Shown piece by piece: positions 1 to 9,212 of a stretch of DNA of 64,000 nt. How positions within the stretch are numbered: position 1 is the first letter of the stretch; every line of letters starts with the position of its first letter. The position numbers and the translations under genes are program-made. The stretch comes from Acutalibacteraceae bacterium. GTDB lineage: Bacteria; Bacillota; Clostridia; Oscillospirales; Acutalibacteraceae. The stretch spans positions 15,332 through 79,331 of the forward strand of contig JAZSHC010000023.1 of NCBI GenBank assembly GCA_045533065.1, written 5' to 3'. Below the pieces are notes generated by a model. The model did not search any database. It was given only the letters and a program-made list of their open reading frames with translations, and was not told where the DNA came from.

Positions 1-615
1 CTCCTCAAACAGCTCGAAATTATCGTAAAATCCGGGATGTGCAAGAACTGCAATACCGCCGGCCTCATGTATAGCCTTGATAACCTCAACGGGATCAGGG
101 TATTTTGTGTCCATAAGCACATTCATCCTTGATTCCTTTGAGAAAAGCATTTTGAAAAGGTCGCCGAAAATTGTTGTTGTGTAGCCACTTTCCATAAGAG
201 CCTGCATGATGTGCTGCTTGTAAATGTTGGTTGAGCCCTGGCAGCATTTTGTGATAAATTCAGGAGAAACAGGGAACTTTTTGGCTGTTTTGAGAACCAT
301 CATCTGACCTGCTCTTTTTCTTATGAGTGAGTTGCTTTTGCACAGACCCTCAAGTCTTTCCGGCTTATCGGGAAGATAACACAGAATGTGCACCTTTGAC
401 TCTCTTTTATAATCCGTTGCCGAAAACTCAACGGCAGGGATAACATTAACGCCGTATCTGCGGCCGATAAGCTCAGCCCTTACAACACCTGCAAGGCAGT
501 CGTGGTCCGTGATGGCGAGAGTTGTAACCCCACTGTTTTTGGCAAGAATGATAATATCGTCAATGCCCATTGTTCCGTCTGAAAGTTTGGTGTGACAATG
601 TAAATCTGCTTTCAA
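1..615 (-). CDS. PHP-domain phosphoesterase (TrpH/YciV-like), C-terminal end cut by window edge
   Basis: Absent from the ORF track because it runs off the window. Reverse translation from TTG 615..613 gives LKADLHCHTKLSDGTMGIDDIIILAKNSGVTTLAITDHDCLAG..., the His/Asp metal-ligand pattern of PHP phosphoesterases. A GGAAAAGGGG RBS lies just upstream and the frame is open to base 1. Confidence 0.7.
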   Translation of the reverse strand, partial: MKADLHCHTKLSDGTMGIDDIIILAKNSGVTTLAITDHDCLAGVVRAELIGRRYGVNVIPAVEFSATDYKRESKVHILCYLPDKPERLEGLCKSNSLIRKRAGQMMVLKTAKKFPVSPEFITKCCQGSTNIYKQHIMQALMESGYTTTIFGDLFKMLFSKESRMNVLMDTKYPDPVEVIKAIHEAGGIAVLAHPGFYDNFELFEE

Positions 616-701
616 AACCGTAATCCCCTTTTCCTGATTTCGCCCTTTCTCATAAAGTCAGCAAAAAAGGGCATACTTCCGCTATGTTAATACTTAATTT
701 T

Positions 702-730
702 ATTATACTACCGAAAAAAATTTTTTTCAA
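702..730 (-). promoter_or_regulatory. sigma-A-type promoter for the PHP-domain gene
   Basis: The minus strand reads TTGAAA (730..725), 17 nt, TATAAT (707..702), about 85 nt upstream of the TTG start at 615. Confidence 0.5.
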
Positions 731-756
731 GTCAATTTTTTCATTTTTTTGTATTT

Positions 757-1479
757 TTATTCACTCCAGAGGTCCTTATCACAAAGGTATCTTTCAAGAA
801 TATTGCCGAGAAGCTCTGTCAGACAAGCTTCCTGTCTTTCGTTCATTTCACGGTAGGTTTCGTATGCATCACCGTCTGCATCGTCACTGATTTTACGAAG
901 GGAGAGCATGGGGATGCCGTTTTTGTCACAAACGCCTGCAATTGCCGCTGTTTCCATGTCAAAGCAATCAATACCGAAGGTTTCTTTGAAAAGTTCCTTC
1001 TTAACAGGGTCAGCAAGGAAGATGTCGCCTGTGCCTGCCTTTGCCGCAATGATGCCTGCACTCTGAAGCGCAAGGGAAAGGAGCTTTTCATCGCATTCGT
1101 AAAGGTATTTCTGTCCGTCAGCCTTCACTCCGAGACCGTAACCGATTGCAGTCAGGTCAAAATCGCATTCAATATATGTTGTAACAGCAACCATATCCTC
1201 TCTTTTAAGTCCGTGAACAGCGCCTGAAAGACCTGCATTGAGAATAAAATCTGCCTTGTCGTCAGAAATGAGAAAAGCTGTTGCCGATGCTGCATTAACC
1301 TTACCGATCCCGCACTTAACGCCAATAATTTTCAGCTCTCTTCCGTCCTTTGAAAGTGTGAGCTCAACGCTTTCGTTTCCGCGTCTTACGCTTTCCTTTC
1401 CGCCCTTCTCCTTTGCCCATGCAAGGAAGGGTCCGTATTCCATTGTGTCTGCAAAAATAAGTCCTGCTGTTTTTATCAT
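757..1479 (-). CDS. mtnN: 5'-methylthioadenosine/S-adenosylhomocysteine nucleosidase
   Basis: 240-aa ORF with the Pfs/MtnN (PNP_UDP_1 fold) pattern: KCGIGKVNAASATAFLI, FDMETAAIAGVC, SLRKISDDADGD. A consensus promoter and a GAAAGGA RBS lie upstream. Confidence 0.8.
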   Translation of the reverse strand: MIKTAGLIFADTMEYGPFLAWAKEKGGKESVRRGNESVELTLSKDGRELKIIGVKCGIGKVNAASATAFLISDDKADFILNAGLSGAVHGLKREDMVAVTTYIECDFDLTAIGYGLGVKADGQKYLYECDEKLLSLALQSAGIIAAKAGTGDIFLADPVKKELFKETFGIDCFDMETAAIAGVCDKNGIPMLSLRKISDDADGDAYETYREMNERQEACLTELLGNILERYLCDKDLWSE

Positions 1480-1514
1480 AGGTTAAAAGTCCTTTCATTT
1501 TTAAGCTTTCAACA

Positions 1515-1544
1515 ATTATAACCCAGAAAATCCCTTTATGTCAA
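1515..1544 (-). promoter_or_regulatory. sigma-A promoter of mtnN
   Basis: The minus strand reads TTGACA (1544..1539), 18 nt, TATAAT (1520..1515), 35 nt upstream of ATG 1479. Confidence 0.65.
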
Positions 1545-1767
1545 TCTGTAAGAAACTGCATAAACTGAATTGAGAGCGGTTTTTTACGCTTTTGCGGCAA
1601 CCGTTACCGGTGACAGTAATGTCCCTGAGAAGCCGGTTCAGCCAAACAGCCGTTGCCGCTGTTATAGCCACACAGGGCAATGCTCTGTGTGGCGGCAAAA
1701 AATTGACACATTATCGTGAAACTGTTTAACTTTTTAAAAAAATACTTCCTTTTCTGGCGTCGGCGTA

Positions 1768-1796
1768 TTGCAATGACTGTTATTATTTGGTATAAT
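1768..1796 (+). promoter_or_regulatory. sigma-A promoter with extended -10 for the 127-aa secreted protein gene
   Basis: TTGCAA (1768..1773), 17 nt, TGgTATAAT (-10 at 1791..1796). An AAAGGAG RBS precedes ATG 1829. Confidence 0.6.
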
Positions 1797-1828
1797 ACAA
1801 AAGGTAACTAAAAAGTAAAGGAGTATTT

Positions 1829-2212
1829 ATGAAAATGAAAATCCGTAACAAATTTATAATTCCCGTAATTGCAATCCTTATGGCAATTCTCATGGCAGGC
1901 TCAATGGTTTCAGGCACTGCGGCAGACACCTCGGCCTCAGAAACAGAATATAACCCTGCAACCCATCCCCACACTTACGTGCCCACAACACTTCCTCCCA
2001 CATCAAGCCTTGATGAAGAAATTGATGCTTTCGTTTCTGAAAATCTCGGCGACCTTGCAGACGCAGAAGATGATGTGCGTGAATTCGGCGGCGCTATGGG
2101 CAACATTCTGAAGGTGTTCAAGGGTTTCATCGACAAAATCATTGCTGTCGCAGCAAAAATCGGTGAATTCCTTTCAGGCAATTGGCTCGGTATATATACC
2201 CCAAAATCATAA
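1829..2212 (+). CDS. small secreted protein, unknown function (signal peptide, acidic middle, amphipathic C-terminal helix)
   Basis: 127-aa ORF. The N-terminus MKMKIRNKFIIPVIAILMAILMAGSMVSGTAAD is a Sec signal. The gene has its own promoter, RBS and terminator. I recognise no family. Confidence 0.65.
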   Translation: MKMKIRNKFIIPVIAILMAILMAGSMVSGTAADTSASETEYNPATHPHTYVPTTLPPTSSLDEEIDAFVSENLGDLADAEDDVREFGGAMGNILKVFKGFIDKIIAVAAKIGEFLSGNWLGIYTPKS

Positions 2213-2220
2213 TTAAGATC

Positions 2221-2247
2221 CCCTCTCAGTTCTGAGAGGGATTTTTA
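2221..2247 (+). terminator. rho-independent terminator
   Basis: CCCTCTCA (2221..2228), loop GTTC, TGAGAGGG (2233..2240), then ATTTTTA, 9 nt after the stop codon. Confidence 0.75.
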
Positions 2248-2281
2248 TGCCCTTATTCTTCAGCTATGAAAGGTAACGCTT

Positions 2282-3661
2282 ATGTTAAATTACATCAGAT
2301 CAGGTCTTCCTTATTATAAAAGAATGATTGTGGTTGCTGTTCCGATTATGATTCAGAACGGTGTTACAAACTTTGTAAATATGCTTGACAACATCATGGT
2401 GGGACAGGTCGGAACTCTGCAGATGACCGGTGTTTCAATTGTCAATCAGCTGATTTTTGTTTTCAATCTGTGCATTTTCGGCGCAATGAGCGGTGCAGGC
2501 ATTTTCACAGCTCAGTTTCACGGCAAAAAAGATAATGAAGGGGTTAAAAACACCCTGCAGTATAAGCTCATTTCCGCACTTATTCTCACAATTATAGGCC
2601 TTACGGTTTTTATCACCCTTGGCGATTTCCTCATTTCCGCCTATATTCAGAGCGATTCAAACCCCGAGGATATAGCCCTCGTTACTCAGTACTGTAAAAG
2701 CTATCTGAAAATTATGCTCTGGGGCAATCTTCCCTTTGCAATTGCCTCAGCCTATGCAAGCTCATTGAGAGAAACCACGGACAGGGTTGTTCCCATGATA
2801 GCAACGGTAACCGCTGTTTTTGTGAATCTTATTTTTAACTATATTCTTATTTTCGGACACTTCGGAGCACCTGAGTTGGGCATTGAAGGTGCTGCAATTG
2901 CAACGGTGCTTGCCCGTTTTATTGAATGCTCAATCCTTGTTGTGTGGAGTCATACCCACAAAAACAAATATCCCTTCATAAAAAGACTTTTCAGCAAAAT
3001 CACCCTCACAAAACAGCAGATTAAAAAAATTACTCTTGTTTCAATGCCCCTTCTCATAAATGAAGCATTATGGTCAGCAGGCATGGCTTTTCTTAACCAG
3101 TGCTACAGCGTAAGAGGCCTTTCTGTTGTGGCGGCAATCAACATTGTGACCACACTTAATAATGTTTTCAATGTTTCCTTCATTGCCTTCGGCAGTGCAA
3201 CGGGAATCATCCTCAGCCAGATGCTCGGTGCAAACAAAAAAGAAGAGGCAGGAAAGGCAGGCAAAAGGATGATTCTTTTTGCAACATCTGTTGTCCTCGG
3301 CTTTGCCCTTGTGATGATGTGCCTGTCACATGCTTTTCCGCTGATATATAAAACAGAAGCAGAGGTAAGAAGCCTTGCATCAACTCTTATTATTGTAATT
3401 GCCTGCTTCATGCCTGTTCAGGCTTTCACAAATGCCTGCTATTTCACACTGCGTTCAGGCGGAAAAACCTTTATCACCTTCCTTTTTGACAGTGGCTTTG
3501 TGTGGCTCATTTCCGTACCCCTTGCATTTTGTCTCAGCCGCTTCACCTCAGTGCCCATTGTTCCTCTTTATATCGCAGTTCTTTCTGCAGATATTCTGAA
3601 GTGTATCCTCGGCTACACCTTTGTTCATAAGGGTGTTTGGCTGAACACTGTTGTTGAATAA
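2282..3661 (+). CDS. MATE family efflux transporter
   Basis: 459-aa polytopic membrane protein. The N-terminus (PIMIQNGVTNFVNMLDNIMVGQVG) and a 12-TM-like hydrophobic pattern are typical of MATE/NorM-type exporters. Confidence 0.85.
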   Translation: MLNYIRSGLPYYKRMIVVAVPIMIQNGVTNFVNMLDNIMVGQVGTLQMTGVSIVNQLIFVFNLCIFGAMSGAGIFTAQFHGKKDNEGVKNTLQYKLISALILTIIGLTVFITLGDFLISAYIQSDSNPEDIALVTQYCKSYLKIMLWGNLPFAIASAYASSLRETTDRVVPMIATVTAVFVNLIFNYILIFGHFGAPELGIEGAAIATVLARFIECSILVVWSHTHKNKYPFIKRLFSKITLTKQQIKKITLVSMPLLINEALWSAGMAFLNQCYSVRGLSVVAAINIVTTLNNVFNVSFIAFGSATGIILSQMLGANKKEEAGKAGKRMILFATSVVLGFALVMMCLSHAFPLIYKTEAEVRSLASTLIIVIACFMPVQAFTNACYFTLRSGGKTFITFLFDSGFVWLISVPLAFCLSRFTSVPIVPLYIAVLSADILKCILGYTFVHKGVWLNTVVE

Positions 3662-3677
3662 TTCATCCTATAAACAA

Positions 3678-3711
3678 AGAGTCAGAAGTTCACGCTTCTG
3701 ACTCTTTTTTT
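3678..3711. terminator. bidirectional rho-independent terminator between convergent MATE and lipase genes
   Basis: Perfect 11-bp stem AGAGTCAGAAG (3678..3688) / CTTCTGACTCT (3695..3705) with T7 on the plus strand and a T-rich tail on the minus strand. Confidence 0.8.
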
Positions 3712-3731
3712 GTCTTTATAGCTTGTTGTTT

Positions 3732-5039
3732 TTATCTGCTGTTAGCCATTGTTACCATATCAAAATAGAACTGCTCAAAGGATGTGGGGTAATCCTCTGT
3801 GCCGCAGAAATCGAAGTGGTCCATTCCTACCATTGTGTCTGTGTAATACCATCTGCCGCTTGAAATTTCTTCACCTGCGGCAAGGGAGTCCTCATAGTCT
3901 GTTGCTGTGTCAGCATCAACTGTGGGATAAAGAGCCGATGCAAGAGGAACAATACCGTCATTCACTGCCCAGTCGCCTTCAATTTTAACGCCGTCTATTG
4001 TTGTACCCTCTGTCATTCCTATCATTGCTGAAGAAATATAGAAGATAGGATTAAGAGATTTCATTGGCTGCTGTTTACCGAAGCAGTTTGTTTCGGTTGT
4101 AGCAGTTGTGTATGAGTAATAGTAAGTATTTTCTGCAAGCTTGATTTTTTCGTTAAGCTCTGCAGCACCTCTGAGAGTCATATCATAACCGCAGTTGTCG
4201 TTGGATTTATAGAAGTTCTTCACGGCACCGAAATCGATTTTCGCCTTATCCTCGCCCTGCTTCGGAGTAAGACCGAAGTGACCGAGCTGAAGTGAGAACA
4301 CCATGAAATCGTTACCGATTAATGCACCTACCATGTTGAGTACAAAGGAAATTGCATACATTGTAACACCGGGATCAAAAAGAAGATTTGCAACCTGTGA
4401 ACCGTTATGGGGTGCAGAAAGTGTGATGCATGAATGTACTGCATCATGGCCGCCGATGAAAAGACCGCTTGTTTCACTGCCTGTTGCAGCCATTTCTTCT
4501 TCACTTCCGTAAGCAAGAAGAGAAGCAAAAAGACGTACGGTAGCGCCACCGAAGGAGTGACCTACAAGGTTGATTTTTTCTTCCATATCCCAGGGCTCAC
4601 CCATTATAGCCTTACCTTCATAGCTGAAGCCGTATCTGTCATGTCCGTGTGCTTCGGCGTGTGCTGCACCGTAGTCAACAACGGTACCCATAAGCTGTGC
4701 ATAAAGCTCACATGCTCTGTCCCATGCACTGCTGAGAGGTCCCACTGCGGGAGCATAAGCTTCAACACCCTGCTCATTGAGAATTCTTATCATGTCATCA
4801 TCAGAGCCGGGGAGAAGTCCGCCACCCCAATAAGGTGATGTTGCATAGTAATCACTGCCGGGGGCCCAGCCACCCATACCGTGAACAAATATGTAAGGAT
4901 AGTCTGTTTTAAACAAGCTCTTGTCAATTGTTACTTCCTTGCTTTCTTCAGCTTCCTGAGCAGAAGCACAAACTGACACAAGAGAGAAAACCATCAACAC
5001 AGAAAGAATAACTGCGATAAGCTTTTTTGCTCTTTTCAT
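3732..5039 (-). CDS. secreted triacylglycerol lipase/esterase (alpha/beta hydrolase, staphylococcal-lipase-like)
   Basis: 435 aa. Signal peptide MKRAKKLIAVILSVLMVFSLVSVCASA. Oxyanion-region motif FVHGMGGW...YWGG and nucleophile elbow GHSFGG. Confidence 0.8.
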   Translation of the reverse strand: MKRAKKLIAVILSVLMVFSLVSVCASAQEAEESKEVTIDKSLFKTDYPYIFVHGMGGWAPGSDYYATSPYWGGGLLPGSDDDMIRILNEQGVEAYAPAVGPLSSAWDRACELYAQLMGTVVDYGAAHAEAHGHDRYGFSYEGKAIMGEPWDMEEKINLVGHSFGGATVRLFASLLAYGSEEEMAATGSETSGLFIGGHDAVHSCITLSAPHNGSQVANLLFDPGVTMYAISFVLNMVGALIGNDFMVFSLQLGHFGLTPKQGEDKAKIDFGAVKNFYKSNDNCGYDMTLRGAAELNEKIKLAENTYYYSYTTATTETNCFGKQQPMKSLNPIFYISSAMIGMTEGTTIDGVKIEGDWAVNDGIVPLASALYPTVDADTATDYEDSLAAGEEISSGRWYYTDTMVGMDHFDFCGTEDYPTSFEQFYFDMVTMANSR

Positions 5040-5156
5040 AAATACTACCTCCGTAACAGAACAAAAATTTACAGATTATTATATACAGACTCATTATACA
5101 CGGTTTGTTCATATTTGTAAATAATCTTTTAATTTATAATTCCTGCTTTTCTGTCT

Positions 5157-5207
5157 AAAAAACAAAACATCACCTTGCTTTTGCGTCAACGCACACAACG
5201 TGATGTT
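5157..5207 (-). terminator. probable terminator of the pseudouridine synthase gene
   Basis: On the minus strand AACATCAC (5207..5200) pairs with GTGATGTT (5173..5166) around an inner GCG/CGC hairpin, followed by TTTGTTTTT. The large loop lowers confidence. Confidence 0.4.
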
Positions 5208-5216
5208 CTTATATTC

Positions 5217-5933
5217 TTATTCCTGCCCGGTTATCTTTTTCAGCTCCTCATCGGTGATTTCCCTGCATTCGCCCTCATTGAGACTGCTGTCAAGCTCAAG
5301 TCCGCCCATTTTAACTCTTCTGAGCTCCAGAACCTTGTTGTCGATGGAGGCAAACATCCTTTTTACCTGATGGTATTTGCCTTCACAGATTTTAATTTCA
5401 GCAACATTTCTTTCGCCCTTTTCAAGCACACGCACATGAGCTTCAAGGCACTCAGTGCCGTCTCCGAGGGTAAGACCTTCCCTGAAGCGAATTATATCCT
5501 CCTCGGTGAGCTCATCTCTGAGAGTTGCATGATAGGTTTTCATAATGTGGTTTTTGGGTGAAAGAATTCTGTGAGCAAAGTCTCCGTCATCGGTGATAAG
5601 CACAAAGCCCGTTGTGTCACCGTCAAGCCTTCCCGCAGGAAAAAGACCTTCTCTGAAAAGCGTGGACGGCACAAGGTCAACAACGGTTTCACGGCTTTTG
5701 TCATTACTTGCGGAAATTATACCCTTAGGCTTGTTGAGCATTATGTAAACATGCTTTTTATAGCTGAAGCTTTCATTGTCAATTCTGATTTCTGCAGCCG
5801 AAGGGTCAATTTTGACATCACTGCTTTTCGGCACTGCACCGTTAAGAGTCAATCTTCCCTGCTTTATGAGCTTTTTGACTTCACTTCTTGAATATTTGCC
5901 CTGAGAGGCAATAATTTTATCCAGTCTTTCCAT
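5217..5933 (-). CDS. rsuA: RsuA/RluB-family pseudouridine synthase with N-terminal S4 domain
   Basis: 238 aa. S4 RNA-binding N-terminus (MERLDKIIASQGKYSRSEVKKLIKQGRLTLNG) and catalytic motif GRLDGDTTGFVLITDDG. Confidence 0.88.
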   Translation of the reverse strand: MERLDKIIASQGKYSRSEVKKLIKQGRLTLNGAVPKSSDVKIDPSAAEIRIDNESFSYKKHVYIMLNKPKGIISASNDKSRETVVDLVPSTLFREGLFPAGRLDGDTTGFVLITDDGDFAHRILSPKNHIMKTYHATLRDELTEEDIIRFREGLTLGDGTECLEAHVRVLEKGERNVAEIKICEGKYHQVKRMFASIDNKVLELRRVKMGGLELDSSLNEGECREITDEELKKITGQE

Positions 5934-5935
5934 AA

Positions 5936-6505
5936 TTACTTTATCTGTGTAATTTTATTTCCCTTGACCATGAAAACTCTTTTTGCATAAGGGAAAAGAA
6001 ATTTATCGTTCATTGAATCGGTGTAAAAATCATCAATCTGACCGTCGGGAAAGGCTTCAAGGAAGAAATCAATTTTCTTTTCTCTGAAACAGCCTCTTAT
6101 AAACTTGCCAGTTTCAACATCGAACTCAGTACCGAGACAATGCTTGATGCCAAGTCTGCGGCAAATCTCCTTTGCCATAAAATTGGGCGAAGCTGTGATA
6201 ATAAGGTCATCTTCCTTCTGAATTTCCTTGTAAAAGGGCTTTATCCTTTTTTCGTTCTTGTCCCAGAATTCCTTTACAACCTCGTCAAAATCCTGTGTCA
6301 TATTCTTGAAATGCGCTTCAAAAATGTGGCCGAATTCATTGATGATATCATCAAACACAATTTTTTCCTTGTGATAATCACGAAGAATGGAAAGCACCTT
6401 GGGAAGATACTTTATCAGCTTAGGCTCCTTTTTAACATAAAAAAGGAAGAAGTGCAAGGAGGAGTCTCCTTTATAAATGGTATCGTCAAAATCGTAAGCG
6501 TTCAT
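5936..6505 (-). CDS. HAD-IB family hydrolase
   Basis: 189 aa. DxD motif at the N-terminus (YDFDDTIY), a helical cap and a C-terminal DSxND motif (YTDSMNDKF). Confidence 0.7.
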   Translation of the reverse strand: MNAYDFDDTIYKGDSSLHFFLFYVKKEPKLIKYLPKVLSILRDYHKEKIVFDDIINEFGHIFEAHFKNMTQDFDEVVKEFWDKNEKRIKPFYKEIQKEDDLIITASPNFMAKEICRRLGIKHCLGTEFDVETGKFIRGCFREKKIDFFLEAFPDGQIDDFYTDSMNDKFLFPYAKRVFMVKGNKITQIK

Positions 6506-6516
6506 ATTTTTCTCCT

Positions 6517-7536
6517 TTATTCAGGCTTCTTTAATTTAAGGTATTCGTCTTTAACAAGACCGATTTTTTTGAAAATAAGATGCAGAACAAGGCTCAGCAC
6601 AGCGGGAGCAATAACATGCATAAAAACAATCAGAGCAAGGCTCTGCCATGTGCCGAAGCTGTCACTCATTGCAGAATAAGCACCGAACTGACCCACGAGT
6701 CCGCTTGTGCCCATACCTGCACCTGCAGGGGTATTTGTCATTTTGAACACACAGGTTGAAACGGGGCCGAGAATAGCGCCTGCAAGAGTGGGAGCAAGAA
6801 GAATCTGAGGACGCTTCATGATATTGCCGAACTGAAGCATGCTTGTGCCAACGCCCTGAGAAATAAGTCCGCCCATACCGTTGGCTTTGAAGGAGGTTAC
6901 GGCAAAGCCTACCATTTGCGCCGCACAGCCCACAGCTGCCGCACCTGCCGCAATACCGTCAATACCCAGCATAATACACAAGGCTGCTGAGCTGATAGGT
7001 GCGGTGAGAGCAAGACCGACAAGCACAGAAACTGCAATGCCCATGGGGAAGGGATGAAGCTGTGTTGCCGCATTGATAACTTCACCGAGTCCCGACATCA
7101 TATCTGAAAGGAAGGGGCCGCAGAAGGAGCTTACAAAGCCGCCCGCAACAATTGTTACAATGGGGGTTACAACAATATCAATTTTTGTTTTACCTGCCAC
7201 AAGGGATGCAATTTCGTTTGCAACAACAGCAGAAACATAAGCACCTACAGGGCCACCGAGATCATAGCCGAAGGCACCGACTGCAATGCAGGAAAAAACA
7301 ACCAGAGGCTTTGATTTAAGTCCGTAAGCAATTGCCGCACCGATTGCACCACCCACAACAGGAGACGAGGCTGAAAGCACTCCCGTAAAGGATGCCAGAA
7401 TTTCAAGATGAGGTATTTTCGCAAGCTGACTTATAATAAGCCCCACAATAAGAGACGAAAACAGGCCCAATGCCATATAGCTCATGGCATCAACGAAATA
7501 TCTTTTGAAGTATTTTTTTACAAATGACATTTTCAC
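6517..7536 (-). CDS. PTS EIIC-like membrane protein (PTS_EIIC_2-type)
   Basis: 339-aa Gly/Ala-rich polytopic protein. The N-terminal KRYFVDAMSYMALGLFSSLIVGLI resembles the orphan EIIC family of Firmicutes. No EIIA/EIIB gene is nearby. Confidence 0.55.
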   Translation of the reverse strand: MKMSFVKKYFKRYFVDAMSYMALGLFSSLIVGLIISQLAKIPHLEILASFTGVLSASSPVVGGAIGAAIAYGLKSKPLVVFSCIAVGAFGYDLGGPVGAYVSAVVANEIASLVAGKTKIDIVVTPIVTIVAGGFVSSFCGPFLSDMMSGLGEVINAATQLHPFPMGIAVSVLVGLALTAPISSAALCIMLGIDGIAAGAAAVGCAAQMVGFAVTSFKANGMGGLISQGVGTSMLQFGNIMKRPQILLAPTLAGAILGPVSTCVFKMTNTPAGAGMGTSGLVGQFGAYSAMSDSFGTWQSLALIVFMHVIAPAVLSLVLHLIFKKIGLVKDEYLKLKKPE

Positions 7537-7687
7537 CAGTCCTTTATTTAAACATGAGGTTATTATACTACTTCAAAAACAAATAATCAACCTTTGAAAG
7601 GTGTTCTCTTGCATTTTAAAGGATTTTAAATTATAATTAAAGCACCAATAATAATATACACATACCTTAACTGAAAAGAGGCGGTCT

Positions 7688-8086
7688 TTGTTGATGAATA
7701 AACTTCGGGAATTCCTTGTGGGCAGATACGCCTGCAACGATGCCCTCAACATTGCAATTGCAGCCTTCGGCTGTATTCTTACTTTTGTTTTTTCCATTCT
7801 GCGTGTGAGATATTTTCATTTTATTACATGGATTCCCTTTCTTGTTGTGCTCATCCGTTTTCTGTCGAAGAATATTCCTGCAAGACAAAAGGAAAACATG
7901 AAGTTTCTTGAGCTCAGTGAGCCATGGCGTAAATTCATTATGAAAAAGCTTTCCCAATGGAAGGATACTGACCACAAGTACTATAACTGTCCCGGCTGCT
8001 CACGTACCCTGAGAGTGCCGAAAAACAGAGGTAAAATCAAAATTTCATGTCCCCACTGCGGCAAGGAATTCACAAGGCGGACATAA
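7688..8086 (+). CDS. membrane protein with C-terminal CxxC...CxxC zinc ribbon
   Basis: 132 aa with two hydrophobic helices followed by YNCPGCSRTLRVPKNRGKIKISCPHCGKEF. The start is either TTG 7688 or ATG 7694; an AAGAGG RBS lies at 7675..7681. Confidence 0.55.
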   Translation: MLMNKLREFLVGRYACNDALNIAIAAFGCILTFVFSILRVRYFHFITWIPFLVVLIRFLSKNIPARQKENMKFLELSEPWRKFIMKKLSQWKDTDHKYYNCPGCSRTLRVPKNRGKIKISCPHCGKEFTRRT

Positions 8087-8146
8087 GACTTGAAAAAACA
8101 CACCGAAAGCTGTATAATAAACTCAACTCAAAAGGAGGGTACTGCC

Positions 8147-9166
8147 ATGAATATTCTTGTTACAGGCGGCGCCGGTTTTATCGGCTCAAACTTTATATAT
8201 TACATGCTCTCAAAGCACCCTGATTACAGAATTGTGTGCATTGATAAGCTCACCTATGCCGGCAACCTTGAAACCCTGAGAGGTGCCATGGAAAACGAAG
8301 GCTTCCGTTTTTTCAAGGGTGATATCACTGACAGGGCTGCTGTTTACGGCCTTTTTGAAGAGGAAAGCTTTGACGCTGTTGTCAATTTTGCCGCTGAAAG
8401 CCATGTTGACCGCTCAATCGAAGAGCCTGAGGTTTTTCTTAAAACAAATATTCTCGGCACTCAGGTGCTCCTTGACGCTTGCAGAAAATACGGTAGCATC
8501 CGTTATCATCAGGTGTCAACAGATGAGGTTTACGGTGACCTTCCCCTTGACAGACCTGATTTGTTCTTCACGGAGGATACACCCATTCACACTTCCTCAC
8601 CTTATTCGGCTTCAAAGGCTTCGGCTGACCTTCTCTGCATGGCATACCACCGCACCTACGGCCTGCCTGTTACAATCAGCCGCTGCAGCAACAATTACGG
8701 TCCCTACCATTTCCCCGAAAAGCTCATACCTCTTATGATTATCAATGCCCTTCACAAAAAAGAGCTTCCCGTATACGGTGAAGGCAAAAATGTCCGTGAC
8801 TGGCTTTATGTTGAAGACCACTGCAAGGCAATTGACCTTATAATTCACAAGGGCAGAATCGGTGAGGTTTACAACATCGGCGGACACAATGAAAGAACAA
8901 ACATTGAGGTTGTTAAAAAGATTATCGGCATTTTAGGCAGAGATGAAAGCCTTATCAAATATGTCACAGACAGACCCGGTCATGATATGCGTTATGCAAT
9001 TGACCCCACAAAAATCAAAAATGAGCTCGGCTGGTATCCCGAAACAACCTTTGAAGACGGCATCAAAAAAACCGTTGACTGGTACCTTTCAAACAAGCAT
9101 TGGTGGGAAAGCATTGTTAACGGTGAATATATGAATTACTACGAAAAAATGTATAACGGAAGATAA
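8147..9166 (+). CDS. rfbB: dTDP-glucose 4,6-dehydratase
   Basis: AGGAGG (8133..8138) then ATG 8147 gives MNILVTGGAGFIGSNF (Rossmann GxxGxxG). Also present: the catalytic YSASKASAD (YxxxK) motif and the C-terminal DRPGHDMRYAID. The 8090 start in the ORF track is an upstream extension. Confidence 0.93.
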   Translation: MNILVTGGAGFIGSNFIYYMLSKHPDYRIVCIDKLTYAGNLETLRGAMENEGFRFFKGDITDRAAVYGLFEEESFDAVVNFAAESHVDRSIEEPEVFLKTNILGTQVLLDACRKYGSIRYHQVSTDEVYGDLPLDRPDLFFTEDTPIHTSSPYSASKASADLLCMAYHRTYGLPVTISRCSNNYGPYHFPEKLIPLMIINALHKKELPVYGEGKNVRDWLYVEDHCKAIDLIIHKGRIGEVYNIGGHNERTNIEVVKKIIGILGRDESLIKYVTDRPGHDMRYAIDPTKIKNELGWYPETTFEDGIKKTVDWYLSNKHWWESIVNGEYMNYYEKMYNGR

Positions 9167-9212
9167 AAATAAGAAGGCATCTCACAAGAGGTGCCTTTAC
9201 TTTCAGAAAGCA

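Noticed and set aside
684-1486. Plus-strand ORFs 684..890 and 1238..1486, and minus-strand ORF 843..1091, overlapping mtnN
   Set aside because: They are antisense or off-frame to a well-supported mtnN CDS and have low-complexity translations.
1516-1698. 60-aa minus-strand ORF, and the idea of a SAM/SAH-type riboswitch in front of mtnN
   Set aside because: A consensus promoter at 1515..1544 places the mtnN transcription start downstream of this region, so it is not the leader. I could not match the SAM-I, SAH or cobalamin core motifs, and the ORF lacks an RBS.
8090-8146. ORF-track start at 8090 for the dTDP-glucose dehydratase gene
   Set aside because: The extension (MKKHTESCIINSTQKEGTA) precedes a strong AGGAGG plus ATG 8147 that yields the canonical MNILVTGGAGFIGS N-terminus. 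The upstream codons are read-through of the intergenic and RBS region.
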